This document shows positions 38,441 through 46,309 of a DNA stretch of 47,648 nucleotides, in pieces. The stretch spans positions 1 to 47,648 of the forward strand of contig JAGGYI010000083.1 in assembly GCA_021162655.1 (NCBI GenBank), given 5' to 3'. This stretch comes from Anaerolineae bacterium (GTDB lineage Bacteria; Chloroflexota; Anaerolineae; UBA1429). Under the pieces are notes generated by a model. The model ran no database searches and was not told where the DNA came from. It saw nothing but the letters and a program-made list of their open reading frames with translations. Within the stretch, counting starts at the first letter, position 1; each line of letters starts with the position of its first letter. A program made the position numbers and the translations under genes.

Positions 38441-39115
38441 ATGCGTCACCAAGTCACCCAACGTCTTCGGGTTACATTCGGGATTCACGGCCCTTTGATT
38501 TACCTTTCCGTGCTTGATCTCGGCCGGCTCTGGATTCGTCTTTTACGACGCGCCAGAGTGCCTGTGGCTTATACTCAAGGTTTTTCCCCACACCCTCGTC
38601 TTCAATTCGCAGCTGCCCTGCCCGTAGGCTATAGCAGCGAATGCGAGCTGGTCGATATCTTTCTTGCCCAGGAACTGACTCCTGCAGAGTTCCTACAAAT
38701 GACAAGGCCACAAGCCCCCCTAGGATTGACGATCCAGCATGTCGAGAACGTCCCTTTAAAAGCAAAATCTCCCCAGGCGAACATGCAGAAAGCCCACTAC
38801 CGAGTTCTCCTGCAATCCCCACTCTCCCCAAAAGAAATCGAAGCAAAAGTGCAGGCCCTTCTAAGCCGGCAGAGCATCATCCGGCAAAGGCGAAAAAAAG
38901 GACGCAAAGTGGATTACGACCTACGTCCTCTCATTTATGAGATCCGGTACGTCAAGTACCAAGGGAACCTACACCAATTGCACATGGTCTTACGCTGCGG
39001 CCCGAAAGGCTCAGGAAGGCCAGAGGAAATCCTTTCCGCTCTAGAAATACCTGTTGACTATTACACAATCTGCCGCACTCGACTTATTTGGGATTTGGAG
39101 GAAAATGCTCAATGA
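38441..39115 (+). CDS. Radical SAM-linked protein (TIGR03936/DUF2344)
   Basis: YLSVLDL.R...RLLRRA, YTQGFSPHPRLQFAAALPVG..S..E, YDLRP. Confidence 0.92.
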   Translation: MRHQVTQRLRVTFGIHGPLIYLSVLDLGRLWIRLLRRARVPVAYTQGFSPHPRLQFAAALPVGYSSECELVDIFLAQELTPAEFLQMTRPQAPLGLTIQHVENVPLKAKSPQANMQKAHYRVLLQSPLSPKEIEAKVQALLSRQSIIRQRRKKGRKVDYDLRPLIYEIRYVKYQGNLHQLHMVLRCGPKGSGRPEEILSALEIPVDYYTICRTRLIWDLEENAQ

Positions 39116-39612
39116 AACGTATCTGGTCACCTTGGCGAATCGAATATATCAGACAGGAAAAACCCCAAGGATGCATCTTTTGCCTCAAAGCTGCCGAGAA
39201 CCAAGATCGCAAAAACCTCATCCTTTACCGAGGCAAGCTTTGCTACGTCATGCTGAATCGCTACCCTTACACCAACGGACACCTCATGGTTATCCCTTAC
39301 GAACATGTCGATAGCCCCACAAAACTCCCTCCAGAAACGCTGACAGAGATGATGCTGACAATGAATATCTGTCTCCAAGTCCTCCAAAAGGCAATGAATC
39401 CCGATGGTTTCAACATTGGAATCAACCTAGGTGCTGCCGCAGGAGCAGGTATCAAAGACCACCTCCACATTCACATTGTCCCCCGTTGGATTGGTGATAC
39501 AAATTTCATGCCTGTCCTCGACGACACCCGTATCATCGTTGAAGCGCTTGACGAATGCTATAACCAACTTGAACCTCTTTTTGCAGAATACTCCTCCGGC
39601 TCGCAGGAATGA
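39112..39612 (+). CDS. HIT family hydrolase (Ap4A phosphorylase-like)
   Basis: IWSPWR..YI, CIFC, NRYPYTNGHLMV, GFNIGINLG..AGAGI..HLHIHIVPRW.GD.NF. Confidence 0.93.
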   Translation: MKRIWSPWRIEYIRQEKPQGCIFCLKAAENQDRKNLILYRGKLCYVMLNRYPYTNGHLMVIPYEHVDSPTKLPPETLTEMMLTMNICLQVLQKAMNPDGFNIGINLGAAAGAGIKDHLHIHIVPRWIGDTNFMPVLDDTRIIVEALDECYNQLEPLFAEYSSGSQE

Positions 39613-39720
39613 AACTTGGTCTCATCAACAAGAAACTTGGGCCTTTACAAACCCCTTTGTTTGAGTAAGATGAGAAACCAATCTTAGGAGCAGGAAAATG
39701 TGAAGTGAAAGGAACGGGTC

Positions 39721-40629
39721 ATGGCGCAAAACTTCCGGGGGATCTTTGCCATCATTCAGACCCCCTTCGATGAGAAGGGAACCCTTGTTTGGGAGGACTT
39801 TGAACGCGAATGCGATTGGCTCGCGCGATCTGGAGCCCACGGTTTAGTCTGGCCAGTTATGGCCAGCGAGTATCCTCTCATTTCCTATCCCGAGCGAGTT
39901 CAAGGGATGCGCCTCGCGGTCCAAGTGGTGAACAAACGCATCCCAGTAGTCATTGGGGTTGCCGATACAAGCAAAGCAGGGGCGGTCGCGCTGGCTGAAG
40001 AAGCTGGGCGAGCTGGCGCGGATGCCATCATTGCCATGCCTCCATGGCACATTAAACTCGCAACCCGTGAGCTCGTCGAAGATTACTATTACGCTCTTGC
40101 GCAAGCTGCTGGGCTCCCTGTCATTGTGCAGAATTGTGACCCTCCATTGGGATCTGGTCTACCAGCAGAGTTTGTCGTTGAACTATGCGAGAAGATTCCT
40201 CTCGTCCAATACCTCAAGGAAGAAAAATCTCCTCAGGGGCATGCGATCAGCCAAGTCCTCTCTCTAGCCTCGCCAGCCGTCAAAGGGGTCTTCTCGGGTG
40301 CCTCAGCTGATTGGCTGATTAGCGAGTATGAGCGAGGCGTTTGTGGGAACATGCCCGCCTGCGTCACTCCCGATATCGACGCCCAAATTTGGAACCTGCT
40401 AGAAGAAGGTAAAAAAGAAGAGGCTCGACGCCTACACAACCTCAAAGTCGTTCTGGACAATGCTCTTCGCTGTATGCCTTCCCGACGAGCAAGAAAAGAA
40501 GTCCTCGTTCGTCGGGGGGTAATTTCCTCCCCTTACGGCCGCAATTTGGGGGCTGCCAAGCTCGATGAGGTGGACCTTGCTGAATTGGACTATGCTCTGA
40601 GCTTGTTAGAGCCCTACTTTACCGTTTGA
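39721..40629 (+). CDS. DHDPS/NAL family protein (2-keto-3-deoxy sugar-acid dehydratase/aldolase-like)
   Basis: QTPFD, MASE, IPVVIG, IVQN (Tyr replaced by Gln), Schiff-base Lys in YLKEE, G.MP. Confidence 0.85.
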   Translation: MAQNFRGIFAIIQTPFDEKGTLVWEDFERECDWLARSGAHGLVWPVMASEYPLISYPERVQGMRLAVQVVNKRIPVVIGVADTSKAGAVALAEEAGRAGADAIIAMPPWHIKLATRELVEDYYYALAQAAGLPVIVQNCDPPLGSGLPAEFVVELCEKIPLVQYLKEEKSPQGHAISQVLSLASPAVKGVFSGASADWLISEYERGVCGNMPACVTPDIDAQIWNLLEEGKKEEARRLHNLKVVLDNALRCMPSRRARKEVLVRRGVISSPYGRNLGAAKLDEVDLAELDYALSLLEPYFTV

Positions 40630-40655
40630 GCACTTACTAGAACCAGGAGGCCCTT

Positions 40656-42359
40656 ATGGCAAAAGGAGGACGCATTAGCCGGGCTTGGGTTGACGCAGAT
40701 AACCCTCTCCCTATGGAACGCCGTGGGCACCTGCGGGCGATGGGCTTTACCGATTTCGATATGGCACGCCCCTTTATCGGGGTTTGCAACCCATGGAGCG
40801 AACTTAACCCTGGGCATTGGCATTTCCGCACCCTTGCGGAAGCAGTCAAGAGAGGCATTTGGGCAGCCGGAGGTTTTCCTCTCGAATTCCCCACCATTTC
40901 GATGTGTGAGGTATTCCACAACATTTCTACTCTCATCTATCGCAACTTGATGGCCATCGATACAGAGGAATTCATCACTTCAATGCCCTTCGACGGAGTC
41001 GTGCTCCTTTCTACCTGTGACAAAGACGTTCCCGCCCAAGCGATGGCCCTTGCTACCGCCAATAAACCCGCCATCATCGTTACTGGCGGAACCCGCTTGG
41101 CTGGCTATTACCATGGAGAAACTATCGCCTGTTCCACCGACACCCAGAAATTCCAGTGGAACTATAAGGCCGGCACAGCAAGCGCCGAGGAATTACGCGA
41201 AGTAGAAATGAATGGCTTTTTCAACACTTGCGGCGCGTGTGGGGTCATGGGCACAGCAAACAGTGTACAATCGATGGCTGAGGCACTAGGGCTAACCCTT
41301 CCGGGCTGCGCCTCCATCCCCGCCGTTTACGCTCAGCGCATCCACATCGCAGAGGCGACCGGCCGCAAAATCGTCGAGCTGGTAGAACGCAACATTCGCC
41401 CTTCAGACATTCTCACCCGCCCTGCCTTTGAAAACGCCATTCGAGTGCTGATGGCCACAGGAGCAAGCACCAACTTGGTCATCCACCTCATTGCCATCGC
41501 GCGCAGAGCAGGGGTTGACCTCACTCTTGACGACTTTGACCGGCTCGGCCGGGAGACCCCCTTTATCGCCAATGTAAAACCAAGTGGCGCCTATACGGTC
41601 GAAGAGCTCTACCGAGCCGGCGGCATCGCCGCAGTAATGAAAGAGCTTGAGCCCCTTCTTGACACTTCTGTCATGACAGCCAGCGGGCAGACCCTAAAAG
41701 AGAACCTTAAAGGAGTCCGCGTTCGTGATAGGCGCATCATCCGGCCCCTAGATGATCCCCTCTCCCCTGACGGAGGGCTACGCATTCTCCATGGGAGCCT
41801 CGCTCCTGATGGAGCAGTTATCAAAACGGCCGCAGCCTCTCCCAAGCTCCTACGGCACAAGGGACCCGCAGTGGTCCTTAAGAGCCTCGTTCAAGAGGAT
41901 ATCGACCGAGACTTGGCTCACATCACCCCAGATCATATCATTGTAAACCGCTACATGGGCCCAAAAGGAGCACCTGGCATGCCTGAGGTTGGCCCAACAG
42001 GACTACCCCGGCATTTGCTCCGCCAGGGAGTTCGCGACCTCGTCCGCTTGACAGATGCGCGTATGAGTGGCACATCTTATGGCACAGTAGTGTTACACAT
42101 TGCTCCAGAAGCCGCGGTAGGGGGACCACTAGCCATAGTAGAAGATGGCGACATGATCGAACTAGATGCTTATAAAGGAGTCCTCAATCTCCTTGTAGAT
42201 GAGCGTGAAATTCAGCGCCGCCTGGAACGATGGCGCCCCCCAAAGCCAGCGTATACAAGTGGCTACCGAGCACTATGGATCGACCAAGTAACCCAAGCCC
42301 CTGAGGGTTGCGACTTTCAATTTTGCATTGACAAAGATTGGCTGACAAAGCGTCTCTGA
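40656..42359 (+). CDS. IlvD/Edd family dehydratase (sugar-acid dehydratase-like)
   Basis: YRNLMA..TEE, CDK, C.VMGTANS, ASTN..IHL, GSLAPDGAVIK, GPKGAPGMPE, DARMSGTSYG, PEAAVGGPL. Confidence 0.93.
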   Translation: MAKGGRISRAWVDADNPLPMERRGHLRAMGFTDFDMARPFIGVCNPWSELNPGHWHFRTLAEAVKRGIWAAGGFPLEFPTISMCEVFHNISTLIYRNLMAIDTEEFITSMPFDGVVLLSTCDKDVPAQAMALATANKPAIIVTGGTRLAGYYHGETIACSTDTQKFQWNYKAGTASAEELREVEMNGFFNTCGACGVMGTANSVQSMAEALGLTLPGCASIPAVYAQRIHIAEATGRKIVELVERNIRPSDILTRPAFENAIRVLMATGASTNLVIHLIAIARRAGVDLTLDDFDRLGRETPFIANVKPSGAYTVEELYRAGGIAAVMKELEPLLDTSVMTASGQTLKENLKGVRVRDRRIIRPLDDPLSPDGGLRILHGSLAPDGAVIKTAAASPKLLRHKGPAVVLKSLVQEDIDRDLAHITPDHIIVNRYMGPKGAPGMPEVGPTGLPRHLLRQGVRDLVRLTDARMSGTSYGTVVLHIAPEAAVGGPLAIVEDGDMIELDAYKGVLNLLVDEREIQRRLERWRPPKPAYTSGYRALWIDQVTQAPEGCDFQFCIDKDWLTKRL

Positions 42360-42384
42360 AAAAACTCTCAAAAGGAGATCAACA

Positions 42385-42894
42385 TTGGATACCGGAGAGA
42401 AAACCCTAGCCGAAATACAACTTCAACGGGCAGGGGTCATCCAGTTTGACCCAAAACGTTGCCTAACCTGCCGAGAGTGCGAGGTCGCTTGTTCGCTTGC
42501 TCATGAAGGAGAATGCAATCCCGCTCTCTCACGCATCCAGATCCGCTTTGACGATTTCGTTCCCGGCTTTCCTGATGCATTTGTCTGCAAGCAATGTGAT
42601 TGGCCTGCCTGCTACTATGCGTGTGCAGCCACCTGGGAAGAACCAGCGATCTTTATCGACCCTCAAACCGGGGCACGTTACATCGATGAAAGCAAATGCC
42701 GAGGGTGCGGAATCTGCCTCCAAGCTTGTCCTCTAACGCCAGAAAGATCTGTCATCTTTAGCAAACGGGTGGGACGCAAGCGTATTTACTTCAAGTGTGA
42801 TCTCTGCAAAGACCGTCCCGAAGGCCCACTTTGTGTTTCCGTGTGCCCCAGCCATGCACTTACTTTTATCCCCGCAGAAAAGAGACGCAGATAG
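42385..42894 (+). CDS. 4Fe-4S dicluster electron-transfer protein (DmsB/HydN/AOR small-subunit-like)
   Basis: CLTCRECEVAC, CKQC..PAC...C, CRGCGICLQACP, KCDLC...PLCVSVCP; RBS AAGGAG, TTG start. Confidence 0.9.
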   Translation: MDTGEKTLAEIQLQRAGVIQFDPKRCLTCRECEVACSLAHEGECNPALSRIQIRFDDFVPGFPDAFVCKQCDWPACYYACAATWEEPAIFIDPQTGARYIDESKCRGCGICLQACPLTPERSVIFSKRVGRKRIYFKCDLCKDRPEGPLCVSVCPSHALTFIPAEKRRR

Positions 42895-42930
42895 AAAAAA
42901 ATCGACGGGGCCTCTCGGGGAGGCCCCGTC
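42895..42930. terminator. Terminator between convergent genes
   Basis: GACGGGGCCTC-N5-GAGGCCCCGTC perfect stem, A-tract on the plus side. Confidence 0.8.
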
Positions 42931-42936
42931 CTCTGA

Positions 42937-44013
42937 CTAAAGGGCATAGAACTTAATGCATACTGGGATAGGGGCTTCTGTGATCTCTCCCGTAAAGGAG
43001 AGGAGTCCAGTTTCTCGGTTAACCGTGTAGGCAACGATGTTATCGCTCTTTTGATTTGCTACCAAGAGCAACTCACCGTCGGGCGAAAGGGCGAAATTTC
43101 TAGGAAAGCTCCCACGGGTCGGCTCGTGGCCCACACAACTGAGCTTGCCCGTCTCCTTCTCCACCGCAAAGATCACGATGCTATCGTGTCCCCTATTTGA
43201 CCCATAGACGAATCGTCCATCCAACGAAACGTGCACATCCGCACAATAGCTCGTCCCCTCAAAGCCTTCAGGCAATGCGGTAATCGTCTGCACTTCCTGG
43301 AGGATCCCTCTCTCCGCATCATAATGAAAGACCGCCATCGTCGAGTCGAGCTCGTTGATGACATAGACGTACCTACCGTTGGGATGAAAAGCTATATGCC
43401 TGGGCCCAGCTCCAGGCGCCAACTGCGCCCAGGGAGTCTCGTTGGGCAAAAGCTTTCCCTTCTGGGGATCCAACTTGTAAACCATCACCCGATCAAGACC
43501 CAAATCGGCCGCCAAAATATAGCGGTTCTGAGGATCGGGAAGAATACTATGAGCATGTGCCTTTTCTTGACGGTTAGGATCCGCACCCTTGCCCTCGTGC
43601 TGAACAGAATCGCTAGCCGGCTCTAGTGCTCCATCCTCACGGATGGGAAGGACGGCTACACTCCCTCCAACATAGTTGGCAACAAAGGCGAACTTGCCCG
43701 TCTTGTCTACACTTACATAGCAGGGCCCTTCCCCTTGAGAAAGCTGCTGATTCAGAAAACGCAGTTTGCCCGTCTCAGGATCGATGGCGAAAGCGCTAAC
43801 TCCTCCACTGGGCTTGCCTTCCAGCTCTCCCACCTCGTTCACAGAATAGAGATAGCGCCCACTCGGATGAATGGCAAGAAAAGACGGACTGACTATGGGA
43901 GTCACATCAACAAGTTCCAGCTTCCCCTTGGCAAGGTCCACACGGTAGAGATAGATCCCCTCTCCTTCCTTTCGAGTATACGTCCCCACATAAACGAGCA
44001 TCTCTGGAGCCAT
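42937..44013 (-). CDS. Lactonase, 7-bladed beta-propeller (6-phosphogluconolactonase/aldonolactonase family)
   Basis: VYVGTYT, PSFLA, ANY.GG, HAHS, DLGLD, GAGPRH, YGSNRGHDSI, FPRNF; start ATG 44013 after GGAGG. Confidence 0.93.
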   Translation of the reverse strand: MAPEMLVYVGTYTRKEGEGIYLYRVDLAKGKLELVDVTPIVSPSFLAIHPSGRYLYSVNEVGELEGKPSGGVSAFAIDPETGKLRFLNQQLSQGEGPCYVSVDKTGKFAFVANYVGGSVAVLPIREDGALEPASDSVQHEGKGADPNRQEKAHAHSILPDPQNRYILAADLGLDRVMVYKLDPQKGKLLPNETPWAQLAPGAGPRHIAFHPNGRYVYVINELDSTMAVFHYDAERGILQEVQTITALPEGFEGTSYCADVHVSLDGRFVYGSNRGHDSIVIFAVEKETGKLSCVGHEPTRGSFPRNFALSPDGELLLVANQKSDNIVAYTVNRETGLLSFTGEITEAPIPVCIKFYAL

Positions 44014-44050
44014 CGTTCCGCCTCCACTTAAGATTCTAAAAACACATCCC

Positions 44051-44079
44051 AGTATAACCTCTCCCGTCCCTTCCGGCAA
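44051..44079 (-). promoter_or_regulatory. sigma70 promoter of lactonase
   Basis: TTGCCG-N17-TATACT. Confidence 0.65.
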
Positions 44080-44170
44080 TCCCGAGTTCCCCTTCCTACG
44101 GACGCACCACTTTCCCCATCCTTAAAGCCTTCGAGAACGATTCACAACAACACAATCTGCCCCCCGACAG

Positions 44171-44196
44171 TACCTGACCAAAGTCAGGTATACAAT
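44171..44196 (+). promoter_or_regulatory. Perfect palindromic operator abutting a -10 box
   Basis: TACCTGAC-CAAA-GTCAGGTA immediately followed by TACAAT. Confidence 0.6.
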
Positions 44197-44237
44197 ATTT
44201 TTAGAGATTACATCACTTGATTGGGGAGGGAAACCCT

Positions 44238-44954
44238 ATGAAAAATCTGTTATTGCTAATACCCCTTGTCTTGCTTTCAGTCGCCGGTTGTGCAAAACCC
44301 TCATCCTCCACACCATCTGCTGCCCTCTTGCATCCCACCTATACCCCATACCCGACGCCCAAGCCATTGGCTACCTGGACCCTCTACCCAACTTACACCC
44401 CTCCTCCTACCTTTACCCCTTGGCCCACTTATACACCATACCCTACCTACACCCCGCCTAAAGCCACAAGCACACCTTCCCCGAGTGCCACTCCCAAGCG
44501 CAAAATCGGCACAAGGAAAAACCCTGTTCCTCTTGGGGAATGGGTCACTGTAAAAAAAGATGATAAGGTCCTTCGAGGGCGGATCGCCAAAGTCATCAAA
44601 GACCAAGAAGCCGTAAAAAAACGCTTGCGGAGCGACAATATGTTCAACAAAGTACCGGCTGAAGGGTACAAGGGTATTCTGATATATTTTGTCTGTGAAT
44701 ATGTCAGTGGCCCAGAGGATGAAACTGTAAGCGTTTCTTCCTCGGATTTCGATTTCCTTTGCGGAGACGGTAAATTCTACGAAGCACCCTTTGCTGTCCT
44801 AAACGACGAATTTGGCGGGACCGGCTACCCTGGTGCCACCTTCGAGGGATGGCTGTATCGCGGTTGCGCAGTGACCAACAAGCCGGACTTCCTTATCTGG
44901 AAAACCTCATGGTTAACCGGGCTAGGCGAAGGTATCTGGATGGCGTTGGAGTGA
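44238..44954 (+). CDS. Lipoprotein with PTYTP-repeat linker and C-terminal beta-rich (DUF4352-like) domain
   Basis: Lipobox VAGC, PTYTPYPT repeats, IGTRKNPVPLG, YPGATFEGW; RBS GGGGAGG. Confidence 0.8.
   Translation: MKNLLLLIPLVLLSVAGCAKPSSSTPSAALLHPTYTPYPTPKPLATWTLYPTYTPPPTFTPWPTYTPYPTYTPPKATSTPSPSATPKRKIGTRKNPVPLGEWVTVKKDDKVLRGRIAKVIKDQEAVKKRLRSDNMFNKVPAEGYKGILIYFVCEYVSGPEDETVSVSSSDFDFLCGDGKFYEAPFAVLNDEFGGTGYPGATFEGWLYRGCAVTNKPDFLIWKTSWLTGLGEGIWMALE
44334..44459 (+). repeat. Coding low-complexity repeat (PTYTP/PTFTP units)
   Basis: Imperfect tandem units encoding PT(Y/F/W)TP. Confidence 0.7.
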
Positions 44955-44992
44955 TCATCAACATGGAGAGGCATAGCTAGATCAAGGCCACT

Positions 44993-45032
44993 AAAACGGT
45001 GGCCAGGAAACGAAACTCGTTTCCTGGCCACC
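44993..45032 (-). terminator. 16-bp perfect hairpin downstream of tRNA-Arg
   Basis: GGTGGCCAGGAAACGA-AAC-TCGTTTCCTGGCCACC, followed on the minus strand by GTTTT. Confidence 0.75.
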
Positions 45033-45038
45033 ATGCAG

Positions 45039-45112
45039 CGCGCCCAGCAGGACTCGAACCTGCAACCAACGGATTCGAAGTCCGGCACTCTATCCAATTG
45101 AGCTATGGGCGC
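45039..45112 (-). tRNA. tRNA-Arg (anticodon TCG), CCA not encoded
   Basis: Acceptor GCGCCCA/TGGGCGC, D-arm GCTC/GAGT, anticodon loop CTTCGAA, T-arm GCAGG-TTCGAGT-CCTGC. Confidence 0.97.
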
Positions 45113-45123
45113 ACGCAACTTTG

Positions 45124-45152
45124 ATTTTAGTGAGCTTCTCTTCCCCCGTCAA
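45124..45152 (-). promoter_or_regulatory. tRNA-Arg promoter
   Basis: TTGACG-N17-TAAAAT, 12 nt upstream of the tRNA. Confidence 0.8.
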
Positions 45153-45324
45153 ATGCGAGCATGTTACCACACTGGAAGAGGTCACTTGAAAATGAAAAAA
45201 AACTCTATACTCATACGAGATCCTGAATGGATAAATCGCCAAAGGCGTTGAGCGGCGGCCAAGAGCACTATAAGAAAAGAGACAAACTATCTCTATCCAA
45301 CGGAATAGTTCACCCATTAATAAC

Positions 45325-45354
45325 TTGCTTAGAGAAAGTAATTTCTGATATAAT
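45325..45354 (+). promoter_or_regulatory. cas operon promoter
   Basis: TTGCTT-N18-TATAAT with TGn extended -10; AGAAA-GTAA-TTTCT inverted repeat in the spacer. Confidence 0.65.
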
Positions 45355-45469
45355 AAATTAACATGATCATGGGAGGAAAATAAGATCAGCGTCGAGGAAC
45401 CCAATCTACTTTGAAGATGTCTTCATCCGCACATGCGTGAAACGCTGGTGCTACAGACAGAGGAAAAAG

Positions 45470-46282
45470 ATGCGAATAAAAATTCAACTAAATGCCATTG
45501 ATAAAGCTATCATCCTACCCATACATTACAATGCGACCATCCAAGGGTTCATCTACCAACACCTTGAGGCCAGTCTCGCTCAATGGATTCATGACCATGG
45601 ATGGGCGGATGCTAAACGGCATTTAAAATTGTTTACCTTCTCCCGGCCACATGGAACCTTCCACCGGCGAGGAGGCACCCTATACTTTCCAGAGCATCTA
45701 ACCCTGACCATCGCCTCCCCTATGGACACCCTTCTCGAATCGCTAGCCCTTCATCTGATGCAAACAAGGATAGTGCGGTTGGGAGAAACACGCGCAGAGT
45801 TGGCATCTATTGAGGTCATTGCTCCTGCTCAGTATCAATGCCCGGTATTCTTGAAGGCACTCTCTCCAATTACAGTCTACAGCACTCTCGAGACCTTGGA
45901 GGGCCACAAGAAAACTTATTATTACGCTCCCCAAGAGCCCGAGTTCGCCAAGCAAATACTAGCCAACTTGCAGCGCAAAATACGTGCCTGGTCGGGAGTA
46001 GACATTTCCTTTGACGACGCCAACTTTCGCCCCGTAAAGGTAAGCAACCGCAACCTGGTGGTAGCTCGCTACAAGAGCACCATCATCAAAGGCTGGACCG
46101 GCATTTACGAATTGAGTGCACCCGAGCCCTACTTTCATATGGCCCTGAACGCAGGCCTAGGCGCAAAAAACAGCCAGGGATTTGGGTTTGTAGAAGTATG
46201 GGAACCGAAAAGTTCCAGCAAGACTAAGAAGCGCAAACAGGTTTTATACGGAGAGGGACCAAAGCTTGTTTCGGTGACTTAG
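45470..46282 (+). CDS. cas6: CRISPR-associated endoribonuclease Cas6
   Basis: LPIHYN..IQGFIY, IHD.G...KLFTFS, LSPITVYST, Gly-rich loop AGLGAKNSQGFGFVE; start ATG 45470 after GAGG. Confidence 0.95.
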   Translation: MRIKIQLNAIDKAIILPIHYNATIQGFIYQHLEASLAQWIHDHGWADAKRHLKLFTFSRPHGTFHRRGGTLYFPEHLTLTIASPMDTLLESLALHLMQTRIVRLGETRAELASIEVIAPAQYQCPVFLKALSPITVYSTLETLEGHKKTYYYAPQEPEFAKQILANLQRKIRAWSGVDISFDDANFRPVKVSNRNLVVARYKSTIIKGWTGIYELSAPEPYFHMALNAGLGAKNSQGFGFVEVWEPKSSSKTKKRKQVLYGEGPKLVSVT

Positions 46283-46309
46283 CACAAGATTCCCAAAGGG
46301 GGCAGAAAG

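Noticed and set aside
44080-44170. att-like duplication of the tRNA-Arg 3' end
   Set aside because: Only a weak GCCC..CAG resemblance; no integrase
45090-45404. 104-aa minus-strand ORF
   Set aside because: Overlaps the tRNA, its promoter and the cas promoter; no motifs
45385-45449. Type III hammerhead ribozyme (GTC triplet, TGAAGA, GAAAC and a correct stem III)
   Set aside because: C3 is absent, and stems I and II do not pair in the required register (T-T at the base of stem II); kept only as a generic structured leader
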